A stretch of DNA of 64,000 bases, taken from the NCBI GenBank assembly GCA_001805445.1, contig MHGF01000029.1:68270-132269 (forward strand). Reading direction: 5' to 3'. The stretch comes from Omnitrophica WOR_2 bacterium GWF2_43_52. GTDB taxonomy: Bacteria; Omnitrophota; Gorgyraeia; Gygaellales; UBA12090. Positions 30,543 through 39,217 of this stretch are shown here, one piece after another. The stretch's first letter is position 1, and every line of letters begins with the position of its first letter. The position numbers and the translations under genes are program-made. The notes below the pieces were generated by a model. It searched no databases. It was not told the origin of the DNA and worked only from the letters and a program-made list of their open reading frames with translations.

Positions 30543-31316
30543 AAAAAAGGGGACGGGTTCATTTTTCTTTATAAAATTTCTGCTTATGCCACGAGTTGCT
30601 AGAAATACTATAATCGATATTCCTTACCATATCATCCATAGGGGGAATAATAAACAGAAAATCTTTCTTTCTAATGATGATTACCACTATTTCATTTCCT
30701 TAATAACGCAATCTAAGAAGAAGTATGCGTGTAATGTGTATTCCTATGTTTTGATGCCTAATCATGTTCATTTTATCTTGGAGCCTAAAGAACAGCCGCA
30801 TAACCTAGCTAAGTTTGTAAAATTATTAGCACAGAAATATGCGCAGTATAGCAATAAAAAATATAAAAGAACGGGGACTGTGTGGGAAGGAAGATTCAAG
30901 AGTTCTCCTATTTCAAAAGACAGCTATCTCTTGGCCTGCAGCAGGTATATTGAAATGAATCCTGTAAGAGGATGCATTGTGAAAGATCCTGCAGAGTATC
31001 GCTGGAGTAGCTATCGGTATAAAAGCGGACTTGATAGTAATCTTTTGCTTCTTGATAGAGATCCTTTATATTTAGACTTTGGCGTGAATGATGAAGAAAG
31101 ACAAAGAAAGTATAGAGAATGGTTTAAACAGAATCATTCATCAGAAAGCGATTTGCATTTGATAAGAGAAGCGATTAATAAAAACACAGTGTTTGGGAAT
31201 AGAGAATTTAAGGAATCTTTAGAAAGATTATTGGGAAGGGATTTGACGATTAAGAAGCAGGGTAGGCCAAGAAAAGGTGGATGAAGAGGTAGAAAAATGA
31301 ACCCGTCCCCTTTTTT
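30543..31316. mobile_element. Y1-transposase cassette with perfect 26-bp terminal inverted repeats
   Basis: aaaaaaggggacgggttcatttttct (30543-30568) and agaaaaatgaacccgtcccctttttt (31291-31316). Confidence 0.8.
30586..31284 (+). CDS. HUH/Y1 transposase (RAYT-like, IS200/IS605 TnpA superfamily)
   Basis: YHIIHRGNN, YVLMPNHVH (HUH), VWEGRF, RYIEMNP (catalytic Y), Y.WSS; AT-richer than neighbours. Confidence 0.92.
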   Translation: MPRVARNTIIDIPYHIIHRGNNKQKIFLSNDDYHYFISLITQSKKKYACNVYSYVLMPNHVHFILEPKEQPHNLAKFVKLLAQKYAQYSNKKYKRTGTVWEGRFKSSPISKDSYLLACSRYIEMNPVRGCIVKDPAEYRWSSYRYKSGLDSNLLLLDRDPLYLDFGVNDEERQRKYREWFKQNHSSESDLHLIREAINKNTVFGNREFKESLERLLGRDLTIKKQGRPRKGG

Positions 31317-31320
31317 TATT

Positions 31321-31346
31321 TGAAACTTTTTGGCACTTGGTGCGTA
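31321..31346 (+). promoter_or_regulatory. ECF sigma promoter (SigW-like), probably autoregulatory
   Basis: TGAAAC-N16-CGTA upstream of the ECF sigma gene. Confidence 0.7.
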
Positions 31347-31382
31347 TAATAAAGTGGAGAAGGGGAAAGGCACGGTAAAAGG

Positions 31383-31961
31383 ATGCGGCAGTTAGCAGAT
31401 GATGAAGTAATGCTAAAGTATCAGGAAGGAGAAGCCTTAGCAATGGATGAGCTATTGAGGCGCTATAAAAATCCGGTATACCATTTTGCCTATCGCATGT
31501 GCTTTAATGCGCATGAGGCTCAGGATGTAACCCAGGAGGTATTCTTGAGGGTGCATCAGTATAAGGATACCTATAGGCTTCAAGGCAAGTTCTCTACCTG
31601 GCTTTTTAGCATTGCCCATAATCTGTGCGTAAGCCGGCTGCGCAGGAAAAAGTGGTGGGGTTTATGGCCGCGCATGCAGGATGACCCCGATGAGTTAGTT
31701 GAAGTTGAAAGCCCTGACCCGTCTCCGTCAGACATAGCAGAGGAAAATGATCAAGCAAAGCAAATAAAACAATGCATCCAGGAGCTTCCCTTTCTCCAGA
31801 GAGAAGCCCTGATGTTACGTGAATATCAGGATTTAGAGTATCATGAAATAGCCAAAATTTTAAAGAAGCCTCTAAACACAGTCAGGACATTACTTTACAG
31901 AGCGCGTCAAACCTTACAGGCTAAACTCCTTATGTATGTAAGAGAGTTTGGGGAGGTTTAG
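31383..31961 (+). CDS. ECF RNA polymerase sigma factor
   Basis: EAQDVTQEVFL, FSTWLFSIAHN, region 4 L.YHEIA.IL..P.NTVRT.L.RAR. Confidence 0.94.
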   Translation: MRQLADDEVMLKYQEGEALAMDELLRRYKNPVYHFAYRMCFNAHEAQDVTQEVFLRVHQYKDTYRLQGKFSTWLFSIAHNLCVSRLRRKKWWGLWPRMQDDPDELVEVESPDPSPSDIAEENDQAKQIKQCIQELPFLQREALMLREYQDLEYHEIAKILKKPLNTVRTLLYRARQTLQAKLLMYVREFGEV

Positions 31962-31962
31962 A

Positions 31963-33384
31963 ATGAATAGATGCCGGTGTATCAAAGAGTTAAGCAGTTA
32001 CTTGGACAGCCAGCTTTCAGGAAAAAGAAAAATTCAGATAGAAGAACACCTGAAGCGATGCGCTCTATGCAGTCAGGAACTAGAGAAGCTTAAGGCTCTT
32101 TCTGAAAAACTAAAAAGCTGGCAGGCACCTGCTCTTGATGTTTCTTTTGACAGCTCTGTAAAAAATAAGATTGTGGCATTAGAGTTAGAAAAGGAGCGAG
32201 TTAAAATGAACAAGAAAACTTTAAGTATATTGATTCCAGCAGGCGCGATAGCAGGGATTTTGATTGTCAGTTTGCTGAGTCTTAATGTGTATATGAAAAG
32301 AGGTGTGCAGGGAAGATTCAATGACGAAGTCAAAGAACAGTATAATGCGGAGACAGAGTATGGTCAATTAGCGTATACTCCTCGCCCCGATGGAAGGGTT
32401 GCTGTTGAACAAGACAAGAAGTTAGTCAATGTGCGCTATATTAGGGCAGGAAAAGAAATGCAAGTGGCAGAGAAAAGTAGGGCTGTGGGTTGGCAAGAGA
32501 GTAGCTCTTTCGAGGAGAGCGACGCTGTAGGCGCTTATAGAAGTGCCGGGAAAAGGTCAGGATTAGCAAAAACAGATAGTTTCCTAAGGAGTTCTTCTGA
32601 ACAGATGCCTCCGGCGTCAGTTTCTAATATGATGCTCGCAGATAAAATAAGCCCTTTGGCGGAAGATTCCCGGGTGATTGTGATACAGCCGACACTCCCG
32701 GCAACCGGCATTGGCGATATGATTATCCGTACTGCCGAGCTTACTTTAGAGGTGGAAAACGGTAAGGAAACTTATAGAAAGATTGCGGATATCTGCCGCG
32801 AGTTTGGCGGGTATCAGGCAGAGTCAAGTTTTTCTAAGAATGATCAGGGAAGAGAAGCCGGGAGAGTTACTCTGCGTATTCCAAAGGATAAGTTTCTCGC
32901 TGCCTTGGATAAGTTGTCCGAATTAGGAAAGGTAAAGGCAAATAATACCCATAGCCAGGATGTAAGCCAGGACTATGCCAACCTGAAAGCGGAGCTGGAT
33001 GCGGCAATGGTGGTCTATAACAAGATGCTCGAGGCTCTTCAGAAACGCCAGACTAGCATCCCCGAGGCAATGAGGTTAGAGTCAGAGCTTACCCCGGTAT
33101 TAAAGAAAATTGAGCACTTGAAGAACCAGATTGAGAAACTGAACAATCTGGCTTCTTTTACCACCGTAACGGTCAATTTCTACGAGGCTGAAGTTTCGGC
33201 TAAAGTCTTGGAAGAAACCACGAAATTGGTAAAAGAGAATATCCTTGCGGCTAAAATCAACGCGGTAAGATATTTCGCGACCCATTTGCCGCTTGTTGGC
33301 TTGGTGGCAGGGTTTACGCTTATTGCATTTGTTTTTGTGATACTGCTGTCAATCTTGATTTCCCGCCTTAAGAAACGCGGCTAA
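31963..33384 (+). CDS. Zinc-finger (HxxxCxxC) anti-sigma factor fused to a DUF4349-like domain
   Basis: LSSYLD.QL, HLKRCALC, TM, MIIRTA.L.LEV / LRIP..KF DUF4349 pattern, C-terminal TM; start ATG 31963 after ggagg. Confidence 0.82.
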   Translation: MNRCRCIKELSSYLDSQLSGKRKIQIEEHLKRCALCSQELEKLKALSEKLKSWQAPALDVSFDSSVKNKIVALELEKERVKMNKKTLSILIPAGAIAGILIVSLLSLNVYMKRGVQGRFNDEVKEQYNAETEYGQLAYTPRPDGRVAVEQDKKLVNVRYIRAGKEMQVAEKSRAVGWQESSSFEESDAVGAYRSAGKRSGLAKTDSFLRSSSEQMPPASVSNMMLADKISPLAEDSRVIVIQPTLPATGIGDMIIRTAELTLEVENGKETYRKIADICREFGGYQAESSFSKNDQGREAGRVTLRIPKDKFLAALDKLSELGKVKANNTHSQDVSQDYANLKAELDAAMVVYNKMLEALQKRQTSIPEAMRLESELTPVLKKIEHLKNQIEKLNNLASFTTVTVNFYEAEVSAKVLEETTKLVKENILAAKINAVRYFATHLPLVGLVAGFTLIAFVFVILLSILISRLKKRG

Positions 33385-33388
33385 TTAG

Positions 33389-33479
33389 TCAGGGACGGTT
33401 CTTGAAATAATCGGAAAAGTGTCCCCTCTTTTTTTACAGGAGGGGACACTTTTAGCTTTGAATCTAGAACCGTCCCTGA
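33389..33479. repeat. Nested inverted repeats of GGGAC/GTCCC type
   Basis: Outer tcagggacggttct/agaaccgtccctga (14 bp); inner aaaagtgtcccctc/gaggggacactttt (14 bp). Confidence 0.9.
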
Positions 33480-33488
33480 AGATAACTT

Positions 33489-34706
33489 ATGCCAGAACGT
33501 ATTATTTTACACATAGATATGGATGCTTTCTTTGCCTCGGTTGAGCAAAGGGATAACCCAACGCTGCAAAATAAGCCTATTGCGGTGGTAGGCCCCGCGG
33601 AGCGCACGGTAGTAGTTACCTCTTCGTATGAAGCGCGGGCATTAGGAGTAAAAACCGGAATGAATAAGTATGAAGCAAAAAGGGCATGCCCTCAGGTTAT
33701 TTTTGTCCAGGCAAACCATGAAAAATATACCGAGGCCTGCGATGAGATTGTAAAAATACTCTATACTTTTAGCCCGGATTTAGAAGTGTATTCTATTGAC
33801 GAGTCGTTTCTGGATATTGCAGGGGTTATCCCTTTATTCGGAGAACCCCTTGAAATAGGCAAGAAGATTAAGCAGGCAATCCGTGAAAAGGTAAAACTTA
33901 GCTGTTCTATAGGCATTGCCCCGAATAAGCTCCTGGCAAAACTTGCCAGTTCCCATCATAAGCCTGACGGCCTGTTCCAGATTACAGACGATGCCATCCC
34001 CGCCCTTTTACACGATTTAGCTGTCCAGGAACTTTGGGGTATCGGTAAGCGTACCCAAGAACTCTTAAATAGCATGGGGATTTATACCTGTTCTCAGCTA
34101 TCTAAGGCTGATCCGCTTTTCCTAAGAAAAAGATTCGGTATTTTTGGTGAGTCGTTAAAAGAAATGGCTCAAGGTAAAGATGATGCCTCGGTAATGCCTT
34201 TCGGCTATGAGCCAAAGGCGCGTTCCATAGGCCATAGCATGACGTTACCGCGGGATACTAGTAGTGATGACGAAATATTGAAGCATATCCTGGAATTATC
34301 AGATATGGTAGCCCGCAGGATGCGCAGAGAAGGCTTGGTAGGCAGGACCGTGACGGTTATTGTGCGCTATAAGGATTTCCAGACTTTTAGCCGCCAGAAA
34401 AAGCTTCCGGATTCCAGTGACGATACCAGAAAAATATATCTCTACGCGAAAGCGATTCTTAAAAGTATGTCCTTAGTAAAACCTGTACGATTACTGGGAG
34501 TAAGTATCTCCGGATTAGAAAGGCATCAGGGTGAGTTGTTTCTTTTTGAAGAGGATAGGAAAGCGAAAAGTTTAAACAGTACGCTGGATATGGTACATCA
34601 ACGTTTTGGGGATACCATGTTGACTTTTGCCTCGCTTATCCATCATAAAGAATACGACAAGGTGATTTCGCCATCATGGCGGCCCTACGGAGCGAAAAAA
34701 TATTAG
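33489..34706 (+). CDS. dinB: DNA polymerase IV
   Basis: HIDMDAFFASVEQ, SYEAR..G, SIDE, SIGIAPNKLLAKLAS, WGIG. Confidence 0.95.
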   Translation: MPERIILHIDMDAFFASVEQRDNPTLQNKPIAVVGPAERTVVVTSSYEARALGVKTGMNKYEAKRACPQVIFVQANHEKYTEACDEIVKILYTFSPDLEVYSIDESFLDIAGVIPLFGEPLEIGKKIKQAIREKVKLSCSIGIAPNKLLAKLASSHHKPDGLFQITDDAIPALLHDLAVQELWGIGKRTQELLNSMGIYTCSQLSKADPLFLRKRFGIFGESLKEMAQGKDDASVMPFGYEPKARSIGHSMTLPRDTSSDDEILKHILELSDMVARRMRREGLVGRTVTVIVRYKDFQTFSRQKKLPDSSDDTRKIYLYAKAILKSMSLVKPVRLLGVSISGLERHQGELFLFEEDRKAKSLNSTLDMVHQRFGDTMLTFASLIHHKEYDKVISPSWRPYGAKKY

Positions 34707-34769
34707 TTTTAAAAATCTTGAATGTATTGTATAATTAAATTCCGTTAACTATTGGAAAGGGACAAAAAC

Positions 34770-35069
34770 ATGCTTGATAAAATGAAAGCTTTGTGGGATA
34801 TGAAGAAGAAGATGGAAGAATTAAAGCGGGAATTAGACGCTGTTACCTTTGAGATTGAAAGCCATGATAAAAGCGTCAAGATAGCCATGAATGGTTCTCA
34901 GGAGGTCAAAGAAGTAAAACTCCATGGTGATCTGTCAACGCTGAAAGCGGCTCATCTTGAAACCGCTGTCAAAGACACTTTTAACCGTGCCTTAAAGCGT
35001 TCTCACGATATTGCTGCCGATAAAATGAAATCAGTGACAGGATTAAACATCCCGGGAATGTTTTCGTAA
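34770..35069 (+). CDS. YbaB/EbfC nucleoid-associated protein
   Basis: Size and pattern (V.I.MNG.QEV..V, GLNIPGMF). Confidence 0.85.
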   Translation: MLDKMKALWDMKKKMEELKRELDAVTFEIESHDKSVKIAMNGSQEVKEVKLHGDLSTLKAAHLETAVKDTFNRALKRSHDIAADKMKSVTGLNIPGMFS

Positions 35070-35126
35070 CCAAAAGCGCTGATGACATCGGGTACTGACG
35101 TGCCCGCATAGGTTGAGTACTATGCC

Positions 35127-35321
35127 ATGAAACAATTTGATGATTTAAAAGCAACCTCTCTGTATTGCCATGCCTGCGGCGGCTCTATGCCGGTAAGGGA
35201 ACGGTTGCTTTTGATTTTACCTGACGGTTATTTGTTTGAGTATCATTGTACCTCTTGCGGAGAGGTCTTAGGCGATAAAAAGACTAAATTAAAGGAAAGA
35301 GATAGGCTTTTGTTACGATGA
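35127..35321 (+). CDS. Small Zn-ribbon protein
   Basis: YCHAC...HCTSCG, 64 aa, coupled to the next gene. Confidence 0.75.
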   Translation: MKQFDDLKATSLYCHACGGSMPVRERLLLILPDGYLFEYHCTSCGEVLGDKKTKLKERDRLLLR

Positions 35322-35740
35322 TAAGGTTTAGCCGCATAGTAGAAGAGATGTATGCCAAGGATAATCGTTATAAGCCTGATGGCTATGAGTTTGTTATTGA
35401 GGCATTGCATTTTTCCCAGAAGAAACTAAAAAAAACAGGCCACCTCACCGGAAGAGAGCTTGCCCAAGGGGCGCGCGACCTCGCTCTTGACCACTATGGG
35501 CCAATGGCAAAGGCTGTGTTGACGCACTGGGGAATACATAAGACCATTGATATCGGTAATATCGTCTATAATATGATAAGCGCGAAGTTGCTGTCAAAAA
35601 CCGACGGGGATTCCCTGGAGGATTTTAATGATGTGTATGATTTCGAAACCTCGTTTAAAGATGCCTTCATAAAAAGCCCTTCCGAAACGAAAAAAAATAA
35701 CAAAAAAGGCGATAAAAAAACCTTGCAAAATCAGAATTAA
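35318..35740 (+). CDS. Minf_1886-like (PVC-restricted) protein
   Basis: D.RY...YEFV..AL, HLTGREL, GPMA..VL..WGI..T.DIG.IVY, DSLEDF. Confidence 0.8.
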   Translation: MIRFSRIVEEMYAKDNRYKPDGYEFVIEALHFSQKKLKKTGHLTGRELAQGARDLALDHYGPMAKAVLTHWGIHKTIDIGNIVYNMISAKLLSKTDGDSLEDFNDVYDFETSFKDAFIKSPSETKKNNKKGDKKTLQNQN

Positions 35741-35750
35741 GTGGTAAAAT
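35723..35750 (+). promoter_or_regulatory. Sigma70-type promoter of the por operon
   Basis: TTGCAA-N16-TAAAAT with TG extension. Confidence 0.55.
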
Positions 35751-35822
35751 AAAATCTCCGTGCTTAAAAATTCCGCGGAACAATCCATACGTCGTATGGG
35801 TGCAGGAGAAACGCATTCAAGA

Positions 35823-36404
35823 ATGAAAGAAATCAGAATACATGCCAGGGCAGGCCAAGGGGCAATTACCACAGCAACAATTCTTGGTTATGCCTACTTT
35901 ATAGAGGGTAAATTCCCGTATGCCTTTCCTAATTTTGGGGCAGCTCGAATGGGGGCACCCATGAATGCCTTTGTCAGGGTTGATAATAAGCCGGTGCGCC
36001 TTCGTTCGCAGATTTATGAGCCGGATTATCTTTTAATCTCCGATGCCACGCTTTTACGGGGATTTAACTGTTTCAAAGGCTTCAAAGACAATGGCATCGC
36101 GATTATCAATGAGCATGAAGATTTTCCAATCCCGGAGCATAAGCCGGCACAGCAGATTTATGTAGTTCCTGCCCAGGCTATTGCCATGGAGACTATAGGT
36201 AGGCCCTTAAGTAATACCGCTCTCTTAGGCGCGTTTGTAGCCGCGACCAGCGAATTGAAGCTAGATTCCTTGCTTGAGTCAATTAAACACAGATTCTCCG
36301 GAAAAGCCGCAGAGCAAAATCTTTTGGCAGCCAGAAAAGGGTACGACTATATCGTGCCGAAAAAAACAGCACAGCCGAAGAAAGCATTGGCTGTTGCCAA
36401 ATAA
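35823..36404 (+). CDS. porC: Pyruvate:ferredoxin oxidoreductase gamma subunit
   Basis: MKEIRIHARAGQGA, FG..RMGAP, NTALLGA; start ATG 35823. Confidence 0.92.
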   Translation: MKEIRIHARAGQGAITTATILGYAYFIEGKFPYAFPNFGAARMGAPMNAFVRVDNKPVRLRSQIYEPDYLLISDATLLRGFNCFKGFKDNGIAIINEHEDFPIPEHKPAQQIYVVPAQAIAMETIGRPLSNTALLGAFVAATSELKLDSLLESIKHRFSGKAAEQNLLAARKGYDYIVPKKTAQPKKALAVAK

Positions 36405-36414
36405 AGGATAGAGA

Positions 36415-36675
36415 ATGTTTGGGCCGCTCTTATCAAAAGCTATAACCGCAAAAGCAAACAAAACAGGTTCTTGGCGGGTTGACGTCAAGCCGAAGTTCCT
36501 GCGGAAGGATTGTATTGCCTGTAAGATGTGCGTATTGATTTGTCCTGAGGCATGTGTTACCGGTGACGCTAAGAACACCTATATGTGTGATTATGAGTTT
36601 TGTAAAGGCTGTGGTAATTGCGCGGCAATATGCCCGAAAAAGGATATTGCCATGGTTAAGGAAGAAGAAAAATGA
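36415..36675 (+). CDS. porD: Pyruvate:ferredoxin oxidoreductase delta subunit
   Basis: TGSWR..KP, two CxxCxxCxxxCP 4Fe-4S motifs. Confidence 0.92.
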   Translation: MFGPLLSKAITAKANKTGSWRVDVKPKFLRKDCIACKMCVLICPEACVTGDAKNTYMCDYEFCKGCGNCAAICPKKDIAMVKEEEK

Positions 36676-37889
36676 GAGAGTTATTGGAAGGCTCAGAGGC
36701 AGTAGCTGAAGCAGTGCGGTTATGCAAGCCGGGGGTGGTTTCGGCGTATCCAATTACTCCGCAGACCCATATTGTTGAGGGCTTGGCCGCGATGATTGCC
36801 GATGGAAAATTTACTTCTCAGTTTGTCAATGTTGAGTCAGAACATTCTGCCGCGAGCGTGGTGTTGGGCTCGGTCGCCACAGGGGTACGTTCTTTTACCG
36901 CCACTAGTTCTCAAGGGCTTCTTCTCATGGCGGAAGTTGTGTTTAACATCGCGGGGATGCGCCTTCCGGTAATTATGACGTGCGCGAACCGGGCAATTTC
37001 CGCGCCATTAAATATTTGGAATGACCATCAGGACGCGATTACCGTGCGCGATTCCGGATGGATTCAGATGCACGCTGAAAATATACAAGAAGCCTTAGAT
37101 TTGCATATTCAGGCTTATCGCATCGGTGAATCGCCTAAGATAATGCTTCCGGTAATGGTAAATATGGACGGTTTTATACTTACCCACGGCCTCGAGGTAG
37201 TTGATGTGCCTACCCAGGCGCAGGTGGATAGCTTTTTGCCCGCGTATACTCCGCTTTATAAATTAGACGTAAATAACCCTTTGACCTTTGGCCCTTTGGT
37301 TGACCCTGACTATTATATGGAGGCGCGCTACGCGATTCACCAGACACATAAAGATGTGTTGAAATTGATACCGCTGGTCAAGGATGAGTTTCAGAAGGTA
37401 TTCGGCCGCCCTACCGGAGGCCTGATAGAAGGATACCGGATTGATGATGCTGAAAAAGTAATCGTCGCGATGGGCTCTGTCTGCGGCACGATCAAGGATG
37501 TTGTGGATAGTTTAAGAAGTAAGGGAAAGAAGGTGGGGTTATTAAAAATTATTACTTACAGGCCTTTTCCCGCGGATGCCATTTACCAGGCTTTAAAGGA
37601 TATTCCTAAGGTTGCGGTTTTGGAAAAGGCGGTCTCTTTGGGGTCTTATAGCCCGGTATTAACTGAAATCCGCTCTGCATTCAGCAAGCCTGAGGGCAGT
37701 GGTTTGGCTTCCTATAGCCAAAGCCACGGAAAAAAGAAATCCCCAGTTATAAGCGGATTCGTTATTGGCTTAGGCGGCAGGGATATTACTATAGATTCGA
37801 TAAAGGAAGTGTATAAACGCTTAGGGCCAAAACCCATAAGCGAGGAATATATTGATTTGAAACCGGAATTATTAGAGGAACATATATAA
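36672..37889 (+). CDS. porA: Pyruvate:ferredoxin oxidoreductase alpha subunit
   Basis: AYPITPQT, VESEHSA, TATSSQGL, GLGGRD. Confidence 0.94.
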   Translation: MRELLEGSEAVAEAVRLCKPGVVSAYPITPQTHIVEGLAAMIADGKFTSQFVNVESEHSAASVVLGSVATGVRSFTATSSQGLLLMAEVVFNIAGMRLPVIMTCANRAISAPLNIWNDHQDAITVRDSGWIQMHAENIQEALDLHIQAYRIGESPKIMLPVMVNMDGFILTHGLEVVDVPTQAQVDSFLPAYTPLYKLDVNNPLTFGPLVDPDYYMEARYAIHQTHKDVLKLIPLVKDEFQKVFGRPTGGLIEGYRIDDAEKVIVAMGSVCGTIKDVVDSLRSKGKKVGLLKIITYRPFPADAIYQALKDIPKVAVLEKAVSLGSYSPVLTEIRSAFSKPEGSGLASYSQSHGKKKSPVISGFVIGLGGRDITIDSIKEVYKRLGPKPISEEYIDLKPELLEEHI

Positions 37890-38819
37890 ATGGCACAAGA
37901 GAACGGACATCTATTCGGTTCAGGGCATACTGCCTGCGCGGGTTGCGGCCAGGCTATCGCGGCCAGGCTTGTAGTCGATGTGACAGGTAAAAATACTATT
38001 ATTGCCAATAATACCGGCTGCCTTGAGGTTTTCTCCACGAAATATCCGGAATCGGCATGGGGGGTCCCTTGGATACATTCATTATTTGAGAACGCGGCAG
38101 CAGTTGCCTCAGGGATTGAGGTGGCATTAAAATATTTAGGGCAGAAGGAAAATACCCATGTCATTTGCCAGGCAGGCGACGGCGGGACAGCGGATATCGG
38201 ATTACAGGCGCTTTCCGGGATGTGGGAGAGAGGCCATGATATTTTATCTATTTGTTACGACAATGAGGCCTATATGAATACCGGCGTGCAGCGCAGCGGC
38301 CTGACTCCTTTTGAAACCAGTACTTCTACGACACCAATTGGCAAGCTATCATTGGGAAATCCCCGCCCCAAGAAGCCTATGCCGGAGATTGCGGTTGCCC
38401 ACGGGCTTGTGTATGTAGCAACCGCTTCAGCCGGGTATCCTCAGGATATTCAGAAGAAAATCAAAAAGGCTATTTCTTTGAAAGGGCCTAAATATATTCA
38501 GATTCATGTGCCCTGCCCTTTAGGCTGGCGCCATGATTCGCAGCTTACCTATGATATTGGAAAGCTCGCGGTTGAAACCGGGTTATACCCTTTGGTAGAG
38601 TATGAAAATGGAAAGCTGACGAGTGTGCGCAAGCTCACTAAAATTAAGCCGGTAGAAGAATACTTGAAATTCCAGGGAAGGTTTAAGCACATTATGAGTT
38701 CCCCGGAATTGATTAAGCAGATTCAGGCAGTTGCTGATTATAATATAGAACGTTATGGCTTAAAGATGGAGGTTGCTGCTTCGGCAGCTGTGCCGGTGAC
38801 TTCCCAGCCAAAAGCTTAA
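37890..38819 (+). CDS. porB: Pyruvate:ferredoxin oxidoreductase beta subunit
   Basis: GHTACAGCG, GDGGTADIG, DNEAYMNTG, PCPLGW. Confidence 0.94.
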   Translation: MAQENGHLFGSGHTACAGCGQAIAARLVVDVTGKNTIIANNTGCLEVFSTKYPESAWGVPWIHSLFENAAAVASGIEVALKYLGQKENTHVICQAGDGGTADIGLQALSGMWERGHDILSICYDNEAYMNTGVQRSGLTPFETSTSTTPIGKLSLGNPRPKKPMPEIAVAHGLVYVATASAGYPQDIQKKIKKAISLKGPKYIQIHVPCPLGWRHDSQLTYDIGKLAVETGLYPLVEYENGKLTSVRKLTKIKPVEEYLKFQGRFKHIMSSPELIKQIQAVADYNIERYGLKMEVAASAAVPVTSQPKA

Positions 38820-38918
38820 TATAGTAAACCTGACCCCCGGGGGTATTTTACTGATAAGGTATGAGGGGTCACATTCCCCCGGCATAACGTCTGGGATATT
38901 TGAGGAGGAAGAAACAAG

Positions 38919-39101
38919 ATGAAGGTAAGCGTGGATGTTGCGACGTGTGTAGGGTGTGGTTTATGCGAACAATCGTGCCCTGAGGTATTTCAGGTGCAGG
39001 GTGATGGTATCGCTCATATATTAGGCCACAACTGCTTGGCAAGTCATAATTTAAAAGAGATAGCGGATAGCTGTCCGGTCAATTGTATTAAAGTAGAGTA
39101 A
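38919..39101 (+). CDS. Ferredoxin
   Basis: CVGCGLC...CPEVF ... CPVNCI; SD gaggagg. Confidence 0.92.
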   Translation: MKVSVDVATCVGCGLCEQSCPEVFQVQGDGIAHILGHNCLASHNLKEIADSCPVNCIKVE

Positions 39102-39123
39102 ATAAGGAAGAAAAGAAATAGTG

Positions 39124-39166
39124 AGGACGGTGTTTGCGTTAGCGTAAACACCGTCCTTTGTTTTTT
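39124..39166. terminator. Intrinsic terminator between convergent genes
   Basis: aggacggtgtttgcg-ttag-cgtaaacaccgtcct followed by a T-tract. Confidence 0.85.
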
Positions 39167-39217
39167 CTTAAGGCTTGCCTGCTGTAGAAACCGTCTCTGG
39201 GAGAAACGCGGTAAGAA

